From an actinobacterium acAMD-2 (GTDB lineage Bacteria > Actinomycetota > Actinomycetes > UBA12327), in the NCBI GenBank assembly GCA_000754455.1, contig JNSE01000001.1:13923-77922 (forward strand): a stretch of 64,000 bases of DNA. The letters are read 5' to 3'. The translations under genes and the position numbers were made by a program. Under the pieces are notes generated by a model. The model worked only from the letters and a program-made list of their open reading frames with translations. It was not told the DNA's origin and ran no database searches. Below are positions 1-8,509 of this stretch, one piece after another. How positions within the stretch are numbered: position 1 is the first letter of the stretch; each line of letters opens with the position of its first letter.

Positions 1-690
1 CAGCAGCGCGGCGAGCCAGCGACTCGACTAATTCCTCGAGGTTTTCAGGTTTGTCGGGAAAAAACTCTCCGTGCTTGTCCATGAACGCATCAAAGTCAGC
101 CTGTGTGTGTTCTCCACGCGCATCTGCGGCCAACATCGCATTGAGGTCGCTCATCATGTCCTTGATGCGCTCCATGGCTTGCGGGTCACCGCTTTGGAGG
201 GCTTCCTTCATGCCTTTGAACTGTGCATCCAGGACTTCTTGTTGCAGTAGTTCTTTGATTCGATCAAAAGTTTGCTGGGCTTCTTGGCTGGTCCATTGGT
301 AATTGCCGAGTTCCTGGACCGCTCGTGCGGTGTCCTCGGGAAGTGCGTTCAGTTCGGCTTCGCGCATGCGGGCATTGTCGGACGGGTCGGGGAACAAAGC
401 GTTGCGCTCTAGTTCTACTGCTTGGTTGAGTAGTTCGCGCACTTTCTGCAACGTGCCATCTAAGTTGCCGGATTCCTGCAGGTCACGGCGACGTTGCCTC
501 GCTTTACGTAGGAGGTCGTCTAAACCGCGCCGTCCTTCGCTCCCGCGCCGTAAGAGATCGCGGAGAGCTTCGCGTGGATCAGCACCATCGAGGACTCGAT
601 CACCGATTTCGTCCAACGCTGAAGCCACATCAAAGGGAGCGGCCAGTGGATCGGGCCCCTCGTGGTAGCCGCCGTAGCGATAGCGAGTCA
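1..690 (-). CDS. von Willebrand factor type A (vWA) domain protein, N-terminal part; the gene continues past the window edge
   Basis: I translated the minus strand myself: an ATG at 688-690 opens an ORF (MTRYRYGGYHEGPDPLAAPFDV...) that runs to position 1 without a stop. It lies 6 nt downstream of the ChlI/MoxR ATPase gene. Its composition and its position match the vWA partner normally found beside such ATPases. Confidence 0.55.
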
Positions 691-696
691 TGGGGC

Positions 697-2100
697 TTAG
701 ACCGCGCCGTATACCGAGGTGCCACCTAGATCATCTTTGGAAATCTTGCGAGTCAGGTACAGCCCTTCAAGGGCAAACTCAACAGCCGCGGCTGCCATGG
801 CTGGCGACTCAGCGCCGTCATCGCCTACAGCCGCAACAATGCGGGCCAGCCCGTCGAAGGCACCCACGTCATCCAAGATGGCTTTCGCGGTGACGAGGTC
901 CCCACTAACAACGTTGGTGTCCTCGTTGATTTGCTCCACTAAGCCGGACAAGTCAACGCCGGCAAGGTGGGAACGAAAAACCTCAGCAATAGCTTTGCGC
1001 ATGAGGTGCTGTAGGACTTCTTCTTCTCGGCCTTCTTCGCTGACTTCGAACTCGACTTTGCCGCGAAGTGTCGGGACCACTCCGGCCAGGTCGCACACTC
1101 GCGCAACTGCAGGTTCTTCGCCGGTGATGGCTGATCGACGAAGCGCCGATGCGGCCACTGACTCAGCAGCAGCCACCGCGAATCGGGCCGAAATTCCAGA
1201 CCGATCATCGATAGCCGGTGATTGACGCACCAAGCGCGTAAAGCGAGCAACGGTTTCCAGGATGTGACTGGGGACGATCGCCTGGAGAACGGCTTCTTGT
1301 CGAACCAATGCGATCTCGTTCGACAGATTAAGGGGATAGTGCGTGCGAATCTCGGCGCCAAAGCGGTCCTTAAGCGGAGTAATGATGCGACCGCGGTTGG
1401 TGTAGTCCTCGGGGTTTGCCGATGCGACGAGGAGCAGGTCCAGGGGCAGGCGCAGCTGGTAACCGCGCACCTGAATATCGCGCTCCTCTAGAACGTTCAG
1501 TAGTGCTACTTGAATACGTTCGGCCAAGTCGGGGAGTTCATTGACGGCGAAAATGCCGCGGTTCGTGCGTGGCACGAGCCCGAAGTGCACGGTTTCGGGA
1601 TCTCCCAGCGTGCGACCTTGGGCCACCTTGATGGGGTCAACATCACCGATGAGGTCACCCACTGATGTATCAGGGGTAGCCAGCTTCTCGCCGTAGCGAT
1701 CATCGCGGTGCATCCAGGAAATTGGGGTGTCATCGCCTAGCTCGGCCACTCTGGCCTGCGACCACGGCGTGACCGGTTCGTACGGGTGCTCGTTGAGTTC
1801 ACTGCCAGCGATTACGGGGGTCCATTCGTCGAGCAAACCCGTCAGGCTACGGATCAATCGCGTCTTTCCTTGGCCGCGCTCGCCGAGCAAAACGATGTCG
1901 TGACCTGCGAGCAGTGCTCGTTCCATTTGGGGGCGCACTGTTTGGTCGATCCCGACCATGCCGGGGAACGGATCGCGTCCCTGCTGCAGCATGGCGATCA
2001 AGTTGGTGCGCACTTCATCTTTGACGCTGCGCAATTCATGGCCGCTCGCACGTAGTTCGCCGAGGGTGGACATCTGAGGTTTTCCGATGGGTGAAGTCAC
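697..2100 (-). CDS. ChlI/MoxR-family AAA+ ATPase (Mg-chelatase subunit I-like)
   Basis: 467 aa. Walker A-like LLGERGQGKT, Walker B DLLLVASANPED, and the overall ChlI architecture are present. It is followed by a vWA gene. Confidence 0.8.
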   Translation of the reverse strand: MTSPIGKPQMSTLGELRASGHELRSVKDEVRTNLIAMLQQGRDPFPGMVGIDQTVRPQMERALLAGHDIVLLGERGQGKTRLIRSLTGLLDEWTPVIAGSELNEHPYEPVTPWSQARVAELGDDTPISWMHRDDRYGEKLATPDTSVGDLIGDVDPIKVAQGRTLGDPETVHFGLVPRTNRGIFAVNELPDLAERIQVALLNVLEERDIQVRGYQLRLPLDLLLVASANPEDYTNRGRIITPLKDRFGAEIRTHYPLNLSNEIALVRQEAVLQAIVPSHILETVARFTRLVRQSPAIDDRSGISARFAVAAAESVAASALRRSAITGEEPAVARVCDLAGVVPTLRGKVEFEVSEEGREEEVLQHLMRKAIAEVFRSHLAGVDLSGLVEQINEDTNVVSGDLVTAKAILDDVGAFDGLARIVAAVGDDGAESPAMAAAAVEFALEGLYLTRKISKDDLGGTSVYGAV

Positions 2101-2177
2101 AGGTCAAAACTACGCCTGTTGGGCGAATCCTGCGCGTGCGAAGCCGCAATCTGTCTCTGATCGGCCACAATGGCCAC

Positions 2178-3344
2178 ATGACCCGATGTGCCGATGGCCT
2201 TGCTCGCGGTGGCCACGTAGAAGACACTGCTGCCCGCGCTGCTCAACGAGCCTTAGATGGGCTCCAGGGGCGCGCTCCTGACGTGGCGACGATCTTCATC
2301 GCTGGCAGCGCTCCCGAAGAAGCCGAAAGTGCACTCCTGAAGGCCGCTGAAGTCATCGGTGCTCAGACAGTGATTGGTTGCACTAGCGACGGAGTGGTGG
2401 CTGGTACGCACACCTCAGGTGGCGAGCCGGCTGTGTCGGTTTGGGCTGCTTCAATTCCGGGTGCTCGCATTCGTAGCTTCCACCTCGAAGTCATCCGCAC
2501 CCAAGATTCCTTGGCCGTGGTCGGAATGCCACAGCGACGCGAGGACGACAAAGTTGCACTCATGCTTGCTGACCCATGGTCATTTCCTGCCGGTGGCTTT
2601 GTTGATGGTTCCGTCAAAGCCTTAGACCACCTACCGCTGTTGGGTGGATTAGCCGGTGGTCCATCGCCTGGCAGCGTCCGCATGTTGACCGACGGTCGAG
2701 TGGTCAACCGTGGAGCAGTGGGACTGGTCTTGGGGGGTCCAGCGAATGCTCATGTCGCGGTGGCTCACTCCACGCGACCCGTTGGCCCGCCGATGACGGT
2801 GACATCAGCGGACAGCGATGTGCTATTTGAACTTGCTGGCCAGCGAGCGGCCGAAGCGATTGATCGAGTCGTTGCTGATTTAACCGGACACGACCAAGCA
2901 TTGGCTTCTGCTGGATTACTCGTTGGTCGAGTCTTTGATGAATACGCCGATGATCACGGCGTGGGTGACTTTGCTGTGCAGCCCGTTCTCGAAATCGATC
3001 GCTCGACGGGACGGGTTTACGTCGCCGATTCCATTGATGTGGGCACGACGGTCCGACTGCACGTGATCGATCCTGATTCGGCACGAGATGACATTGCTTC
3101 GGTCGTTCAGCGATTGTCCGCCGAGACTGTGGCCGATGGAGCCTTGGTCTTTTACGGTTCACCGCGCGGGCCCATCGGGGGCGACTCAGAGGGAGACGTG
3201 CTTAGTATTCGTCGAGGACTGGCGGCAACAGGAGTCAGCGCAATGTTGACTCGTGGAGCCATTGGGCCGGTTTCCGGTGGAAACCGATTGCTCGGTTTTG
3301 CTACGACGATGTTGATCCTGGGCGGGGAAGTCGAGAACCCGTAA
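2178..3344 (+). CDS. FIST domain (FIST_N/FIST_C) signal-transduction protein
   Basis: The ORF 2091-3344 has a FIST-like domain layout. I prefer the internal Met (MTRCADGLARGG...) at 2178 because it avoids overlap with the divergent ATPase start at 2100. Confidence 0.65.
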   Translation: MTRCADGLARGGHVEDTAARAAQRALDGLQGRAPDVATIFIAGSAPEEAESALLKAAEVIGAQTVIGCTSDGVVAGTHTSGGEPAVSVWAASIPGARIRSFHLEVIRTQDSLAVVGMPQRREDDKVALMLADPWSFPAGGFVDGSVKALDHLPLLGGLAGGPSPGSVRMLTDGRVVNRGAVGLVLGGPANAHVAVAHSTRPVGPPMTVTSADSDVLFELAGQRAAEAIDRVVADLTGHDQALASAGLLVGRVFDEYADDHGVGDFAVQPVLEIDRSTGRVYVADSIDVGTTVRLHVIDPDSARDDIASVVQRLSAETVADGALVFYGSPRGPIGGDSEGDVLSIRRGLAATGVSAMLTRGAIGPVSGGNRLLGFATTMLILGGEVENP

Positions 3345-3350
3345 GAGGTT

Positions 3351-4922
3351 TTAAGCCGGTGCCGATTCTTCGACGGGAGTTGCCACTACATCATCGCGAC
3401 CAGCGAGGCGAATTTCCTTCAGGAAGAGCGACAAGATAAAGGCCGCAACCAATACGGGGATCGCCCAAGTAAACGTTGTTTGAATAGCGTTGATAAACGA
3501 GTCAATGACAGGAAGCCGTGCCGCATCGGGAAGCTGTTGAATGACAGCCGGTGAACCTGTGAGGCGATCAGCGCTGACACCGGCTGGCGGTCCGGTCGGG
3601 AATGCTGCCGCCAACGAGGTCGTCAGGGTTCCAACCAAGATCGAGCCAAAGACAGCAATGCCAAAGGTTCCACCCATCTGACGCATGAAGGTCGCTGTTG
3701 ACGTCGCGACACCGATGTCCTTGCGCTCCACTGCATTTTGAGCAGCCAGAACAAGAACCTGAGTCGTATTTCCAAATCCGTAGCCCAGCAACAGCATGGC
3801 CAAGCTGTAATACGTAGCTGATGTATCAGCATCAATACGTGACAGCAAGGTCATGGCAATGCCGGACATGGCAAACCCCAGGATGGGGAAGGCTTTATAG
3901 CGGCCCCAACGAGTAATCAAGCGTCCTGAGGAGATCGATCCGATCAACAAACCAGTGATGATCGGCAGCATGTGCAGGCCAGCCAGGGTGGGGGATTGAC
4001 CCTTGACGATTTGAAGGTAGATCGGCATATAAATGATGGCGCCGAATAGACCGAGTCCGCCCAAAAATGTACAAGCGCCGGCCACGGTGAATACGCGGTT
4101 ACGGAAGATGCGGGTAGGCAGGATGGGTGCTTCACTGACGGTTTCGTGGCGGATGAATGCAGCAATCAAAACCAGAGCAAGAGCGAGCACGGCCAGCGAT
4201 GTGGGCGAGCCCCATCCCCATGCACGGCTTCGTTCAAGCCAGAGCAGAAGTGCAACAGTCCACGAAATCAGGAGCGCTGCCCCGAGCAGGTCAATGCGAC
4301 TTTTGACATCCGAAGTGACATTCTTTTTTAGCACGCGGCTAATGGTGATAAAGGCAATAAAGCCCAAGGGGATGTTGATGTAGAAGATTCCACGCCACGT
4401 CAGGTTCTCAACAAAGAAACCACCCACGAGCGGTCCGGCGACACTGGCAATACCAAACACTGCACCGAAGTAGCCGGCGTACCGACCTCGCTCACGTGGA
4501 GGAATGACATCGCCGATGATGGCAAAACCCATCGTGAGTAACCCACCACCACCGAGACCCTGAATCAATCGCGCGCCGATGAGTTGAGGCATGCTTTGGG
4601 CTAATCCGCACAAAATTGAGCCGAGCAAGAAGATCAAGATGGCAGCTTGGTAGGTGCGCTTGCGCCCATAGATGTCAGAGATCGGTCCGTATACAGCGGT
4701 TGAGGCCGTCGAGGCCAGGAGGTAAGCGGTTACCACCCAGGGGAGTTGATCCAAACTTCCCAAGTCGCCAACAATCGTGGGTAGCGCGGTAGCGACAATC
4801 GTTTGGTCGAGTGCACCGAGCATCGTCGCGGTCATCAGACCAAATACCACCACCATGATTTGGCGATGACTGAGTGGGAACTCAGCAGATGTTGTCGGAG
4901 AAGTGGTCGATGATGTGGTCAT
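3351..4922 (-). CDS. MFS transporter, DHA2 (EmrB/QacA) 14-TMS drug-efflux family
   Basis: 523 aa with multiple hydrophobic helices and MFS motifs (GxLxDxxGRK-like GPISDIYGRKR). Confidence 0.85.
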   Translation of the reverse strand: MTTSSTTSPTTSAEFPLSHRQIMVVVFGLMTATMLGALDQTIVATALPTIVGDLGSLDQLPWVVTAYLLASTASTAVYGPISDIYGRKRTYQAAILIFLLGSILCGLAQSMPQLIGARLIQGLGGGGLLTMGFAIIGDVIPPRERGRYAGYFGAVFGIASVAGPLVGGFFVENLTWRGIFYINIPLGFIAFITISRVLKKNVTSDVKSRIDLLGAALLISWTVALLLWLERSRAWGWGSPTSLAVLALALVLIAAFIRHETVSEAPILPTRIFRNRVFTVAGACTFLGGLGLFGAIIYMPIYLQIVKGQSPTLAGLHMLPIITGLLIGSISSGRLITRWGRYKAFPILGFAMSGIAMTLLSRIDADTSATYYSLAMLLLGYGFGNTTQVLVLAAQNAVERKDIGVATSTATFMRQMGGTFGIAVFGSILVGTLTTSLAAAFPTGPPAGVSADRLTGSPAVIQQLPDAARLPVIDSFINAIQTTFTWAIPVLVAAFILSLFLKEIRLAGRDDVVATPVEESAPA

Positions 4923-5377
4923 TGGGCTGCCTCTAGGTCACGAGCGAGATTGCGAAGGAGGGTGGCGAGAGTTTCGCGGTCTTGGGGGTTCCATGAACTC
5001 AACGCACTGTCAAGAGTGGCGGCGCGGTTAGCCAGAACCGCAAACAACGCGTCGCGTCCACTATCGCTGAGTTCAACGCGACAGCTTCGTCGGTCCGAGG
5101 GGTCTTCGTTTCGCTGCAGGTGGCCTTCATCTTCGAGTCGGGTCAGGTGGCGGCTCACGGTTGATAGGTCCAGGTGGAGCTCACCGGCCACGTCACTGGG
5201 CCGGGCCGGCCGCAGTCGCTCGACGGTGGAGAGCACGGCCACAGCGGCTGGCTCAATGGCATCCGATCCACGGCTGCGACGAGACAGCCGGACGACGTCA
5301 AAGAGGGCCAAAGCTAGGTCTGCTGTCGAGATGTCGGTAGCTGTACCGCCCACCGATTCATTAGTTGCTTGCGCCAT
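4919..5377 (-). CDS. MarR family transcriptional regulator
   Basis: 152 aa with a winged-HTH MarR pattern (LSTVSRHLTRLEDEGHLQRNEDPSDRR). Its stop overlaps the MFS gene start by 4 nt, so the two form an operon. Confidence 0.8.
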   Translation of the reverse strand: MAQATNESVGGTATDISTADLALALFDVVRLSRRSRGSDAIEPAAVAVLSTVERLRPARPSDVAGELHLDLSTVSRHLTRLEDEGHLQRNEDPSDRRSCRVELSDSGRDALFAVLANRAATLDSALSSWNPQDRETLATLLRNLARDLEAAQ

Positions 5378-5397
5378 GCAAGTATTATAGGGTACGG

Positions 5398-5412
5398 TTG
5401 ATAAGAAATCAA
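5398..5412. promoter_or_regulatory. Inverted repeat TTGATaagaaATCAA in the MarR / ABC divergent intergenic region; candidate MarR operator
   Basis: A palindromic 5-nt arm pair with a 5-nt spacer lies in the 49-bp gap between the divergent marR-MFS and ABC operons. Confidence 0.25.
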
Positions 5413-5426
5413 GTGGGAAGGTCGCA

Positions 5427-6422
5427 ATGACTCAGGCGATCCGAGCCGAGGGGCTCGTCAAGCGGTATGGCTCGGTGACCGCGCTCGATGGGATAGATCT
5501 GCAGGTTCCCGAGGGCAGCGTGCTTGGCCTCTTAGGTCCTAACGGTGCCGGCAAGACCACCGCGGTTCGAATTTTTGCCACGCTGTTGCAGGCTGATGCA
5601 GGCTTGGCCGAAGTCGGTGGCATTGATGTAGCCAAGCATCCCGATCAAGTGCGTCGCATCATCGGATTGACTGGGCAATACGCCGGTGTTGATGAATATC
5701 TGACCGGTCGCGAAAATCTCGCAATGGTTGGTTCGCTGTATCACTTGAAATCATCGTGGGTGAAGTCACGTGCCAATGAATTACTTGAACGCTTTGACTT
5801 AACCGATGCGGCCGATCGACCGCTGAAGACGTACTCCGGTGGTATGCGTCGCCGACTCGACCTTGCTGCGAGTTTGGTAGCCAAGCCATCCATCATTTTC
5901 CTCGATGAACCAACCACCGGTTTGGATCCGCGTTCGCGACTTGAACTGTGGGCCGTGATTGAGGAGCTCGTGGAGGATGGCGCAACGGTGTTGTTGACCA
6001 CGCAATACCTTGACGAAGCCGACCAACTGGCTGACAACATCGTCGTGATTGATCACGGCAAGGTCATCGCTGAGGGAACGGCTGACGCCCTGAAAGATCA
6101 AGTCGGAGGCGATCGGGTTGAGATCGTGGTTCACGATGTGGGTCAACTAGCCAGCGCCGAGGCGGCTCTTTCCGGTCTGTCCAGCGGAGCAGCCACGACA
6201 GACCAGGATCAACGCAGCGTCACGGTGCCGGTCTCTGGTGGTGCGGGAACGATGCTGGAAGCACTTCGAAGCCTCGATGCGGCCGGAATTCACCTTGACG
6301 ACATCGCGCTGCGACGCCCTACCCTCGACGATGTTTTTCTCTCGCTTACTGGTCATGTCGCTGAAACTGATTCGGGTCAAGTGTCATCTCCTCGTTCATC
6401 ACGCCGTAAGGACAAAGCATGA
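5427..6422 (+). CDS. ABC transporter ATP-binding protein, DrrA-like (daunorubicin-resistance type)
   Basis: Walker A GPNGAGKTT, signature YSGGMRRRL and Walker B IIFLDEPTTGLD. Confidence 0.9.
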   Translation: MTQAIRAEGLVKRYGSVTALDGIDLQVPEGSVLGLLGPNGAGKTTAVRIFATLLQADAGLAEVGGIDVAKHPDQVRRIIGLTGQYAGVDEYLTGRENLAMVGSLYHLKSSWVKSRANELLERFDLTDAADRPLKTYSGGMRRRLDLAASLVAKPSIIFLDEPTTGLDPRSRLELWAVIEELVEDGATVLLTTQYLDEADQLADNIVVIDHGKVIAEGTADALKDQVGGDRVEIVVHDVGQLASAEAALSGLSSGAATTDQDQRSVTVPVSGGAGTMLEALRSLDAAGIHLDDIALRRPTLDDVFLSLTGHVAETDSGQVSSPRSSRRKDKA

Positions 6423-7261
6423 GTACCGCGCGGGCTACTGAGAAGTCATCGATGCAAGCATCCCGTCCTTTAGTTGGATGGGCGCTTCATGATGGGTGGG
6501 CTGTCGCCAAGCGCGACTTGCTCAAAATTGCACGCGTACCTGAATCCTGGTTCTTCTCCATCGTTCAGCCCATTATTTTTGTTTTGTTGTTTGCTTTTGT
6601 TTTTGGCGGAGCCATTCCGGTTGCCGGTGGAAACTATCGCGAGTTCTTGATGGCCGGAATCTTTGCTCAAACCATTGGCTTCAACGGCGCGAACACCACC
6701 GTCGGATTAGCTGAAGACCTCACCAAGGGGATCCTGGATCGCTTCCGCTCGTTGCCCATGGCACCTAGTGCGGTGGTTTTGGGCCGCACCACGTCAGACA
6801 TCTTCCGTGGAATGTTGACTCTGGTTGTCCTAGCCATCACGGGTTTGGCGGTCGGCTGGAGCATCAACAACGGTGCGGTCAAGGCGATTGAAGCTTTTGC
6901 CTTGTTGTTGTTCTTTGGGTTCGCTTTAAGTTGGATTGCCGCGTGGGTCGGTCTGTACATGCCCAATGCCCAGGTCGCCAACACCGCTGGCTTGATCTGG
7001 CTGTTCCCGTTGACCTTCTTGTCCAACGCTTTCGTTCCCCTCAACACCTTTCCGAGTTGGCTGCAGCCCATTGCGGAATGGAATCCGCTGTCGAGTGTGA
7101 CGTTGGCGCAGAGGCAGTTGTTTGGCAATCCCACCGGTGAAATTGTTGGCGGTTTCCCCCAACAGTCACCGATTCTTTACACGCTCATTTCGTGCGTCGT
7201 GATTTTGGTGATCTTTGTTCCGCTCGCGGTTCGCAAGTACAGCAAGACCGTAGCTCGCTAA
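6419..7261 (+). CDS. ABC-2 type transporter permease (DrrB-like)
   Basis: 280 aa with 6 predicted TM helices. Its start overlaps the ATPase gene stop by 4 nt. Confidence 0.8.
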   Translation: MSTARATEKSSMQASRPLVGWALHDGWAVAKRDLLKIARVPESWFFSIVQPIIFVLLFAFVFGGAIPVAGGNYREFLMAGIFAQTIGFNGANTTVGLAEDLTKGILDRFRSLPMAPSAVVLGRTTSDIFRGMLTLVVLAITGLAVGWSINNGAVKAIEAFALLLFFGFALSWIAAWVGLYMPNAQVANTAGLIWLFPLTFLSNAFVPLNTFPSWLQPIAEWNPLSSVTLAQRQLFGNPTGEIVGGFPQQSPILYTLISCVVILVIFVPLAVRKYSKTVAR

Positions 7262-7265
7262 AGAG

Positions 7266-7751
7266 CTATCCCGGGTAGGGATCAACGGCAACAACTTCTA
7301 CGGAAACGTCGCGACCATTGGGCGCAGTAAATGTTCCCGTGTCACCAACACTGAGACCGAGCACGGCTGCCCCCAAAGGCGATTTCAGCGAGTAGACATC
7401 AACACTGGTGTGTGCTGATTCCTCACGCGATCCCAGTAAGAACTGCTCGGTGTCGTCATCACCAGCAAAGCGAATCGTCACCAAACTTCCGGCCTGCACG
7501 GTGCCGTCGTGGATGGGAGCGCCGACTTCGGCGTTGTCGAGCATCTGTCTCAGCTGACGGATGCGGGCTTCGTTTTTGCCCTGTTCTTCCTTAGCCGCGT
7601 GGTATCCACCGTTTTCCTTCAAGTCGCCTTCTTCGCGGGCGGCTTCAATACGGCTTGTGATCTTTGCGCGCAGCGGACCGGTGCGATCGTCCATCTCGGC
7701 TTGTAGCCGGTCGAACGCATCCTGTGTCAGCCACAACGGTTCGGGATCCAC
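7266..7751 (-). CDS. greA: transcription elongation factor GreA
   Basis: 161 aa with an N-terminal coiled coil containing the acidic tip LKENGGYHAAKEEQ, and the C-terminal FKBP-like fold. Confidence 0.9.
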   Translation of the reverse strand: MDPEPLWLTQDAFDRLQAEMDDRTGPLRAKITSRIEAAREEGDLKENGGYHAAKEEQGKNEARIRQLRQMLDNAEVGAPIHDGTVQAGSLVTIRFAGDDDTEQFLLGSREESAHTSVDVYSLKSPLGAAVLGLSVGDTGTFTAPNGRDVSVEVVAVDPYPG

Positions 7752-7787
7752 GACTTTCCTCCAAGATCGGTCAATGCGTTGATTAGG

Positions 7788-8219
7788 TTAGCGGGTGAGC
7801 TGGCACCCTTGGATTTCGCCAAGATTGGCTCGCACGGTAGTGCGTAAAGTGATGGTTAAGACTTGCTCAGCCAGACCCGGCTTGCTGGTCACTTCGGTTC
7901 GACCGATCTCATTGCTCTCTCGATCGCGAGCGCGAACGATGCATGTGACCGTGGTCTGGGGATCTCTCACTCGTACGAGGTATTCGACCTTGACACTGCG
8001 GTCGTTAACTACCTGATACGCACGCAGTTGGGTTGTAAAGGCAGGGTTGGAAAGCGACCAGCCCAAGGCAACAATTCCGCCAACAAAGGCCAGAGCAGCA
8101 ACAGCGATGAACAGTGCATTGAGTCGTTGGCGACCAGGAGAGACATCGCCGTAGCGGGCTGCCGGTCGAATGAGCTTCGGCTGACCAGCAGCAGGTGACA
8201 CACTGGGGTCCTGGCTCAT
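7788..8219 (-). CDS. DUF4307 membrane protein (Rv1081c-like greA neighbour)
   Basis: 143 aa with a single TM helix. It sits in the conserved position downstream of greA. Confidence 0.7.
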   Translation of the reverse strand: MSQDPSVSPAAGQPKLIRPAARYGDVSPGRQRLNALFIAVAALAFVGGIVALGWSLSNPAFTTQLRAYQVVNDRSVKVEYLVRVRDPQTTVTCIVRARDRESNEIGRTEVTSKPGLAEQVLTITLRTTVRANLGEIQGCQLTR

Positions 8220-8323
8220 GGTTGCCTCGTCTTTGATCTCGGGTGTACGTCATCATTGTCCTCACGAGATCAACGTGCATCTCAGGGGCTCAGGCATTGG
8301 ACGCCGAAGGAAGGTCGTTGAAC

Positions 8324-8509
8324 ATGATTAAGGCTGAGGGCATCCTCGAGAACTTCACCGGCCCAGGTCTTGGGCTCATCGGCGGCGTCTTCTTTACGCT
8401 CCTGGTGATTGCCACTATTTTGCTGGTCCGCAACATGAATATGCGGATTAATCGGTTACCCGATGAATTCGAGGAGCCAACTACGTCAGAAGCTAAGGAC
8501 GAGGGCTAA
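8324..8509 (+). CDS. small membrane protein (Rv1083-like)
   Basis: The ORF 8243-8509 contains the internal Met MIKAEGILENF... followed by one TM helix. The later start leaves about 100 bp of divergent promoter space. Confidence 0.45.
   Translation: MIKAEGILENFTGPGLGLIGGVFFTLLVIATILLVRNMNMRINRLPDEFEEPTTSEAKDEG

Noticed and set aside
303-1225. Plus-strand ORFs (121 aa, 168 aa and others) overlapping the vWA and ChlI genes
   Set aside because: They are Arg/Ser/Ala-rich low-complexity translations, antisense to well-supported minus-strand genes, and typical GC-rich spurious ORFs.
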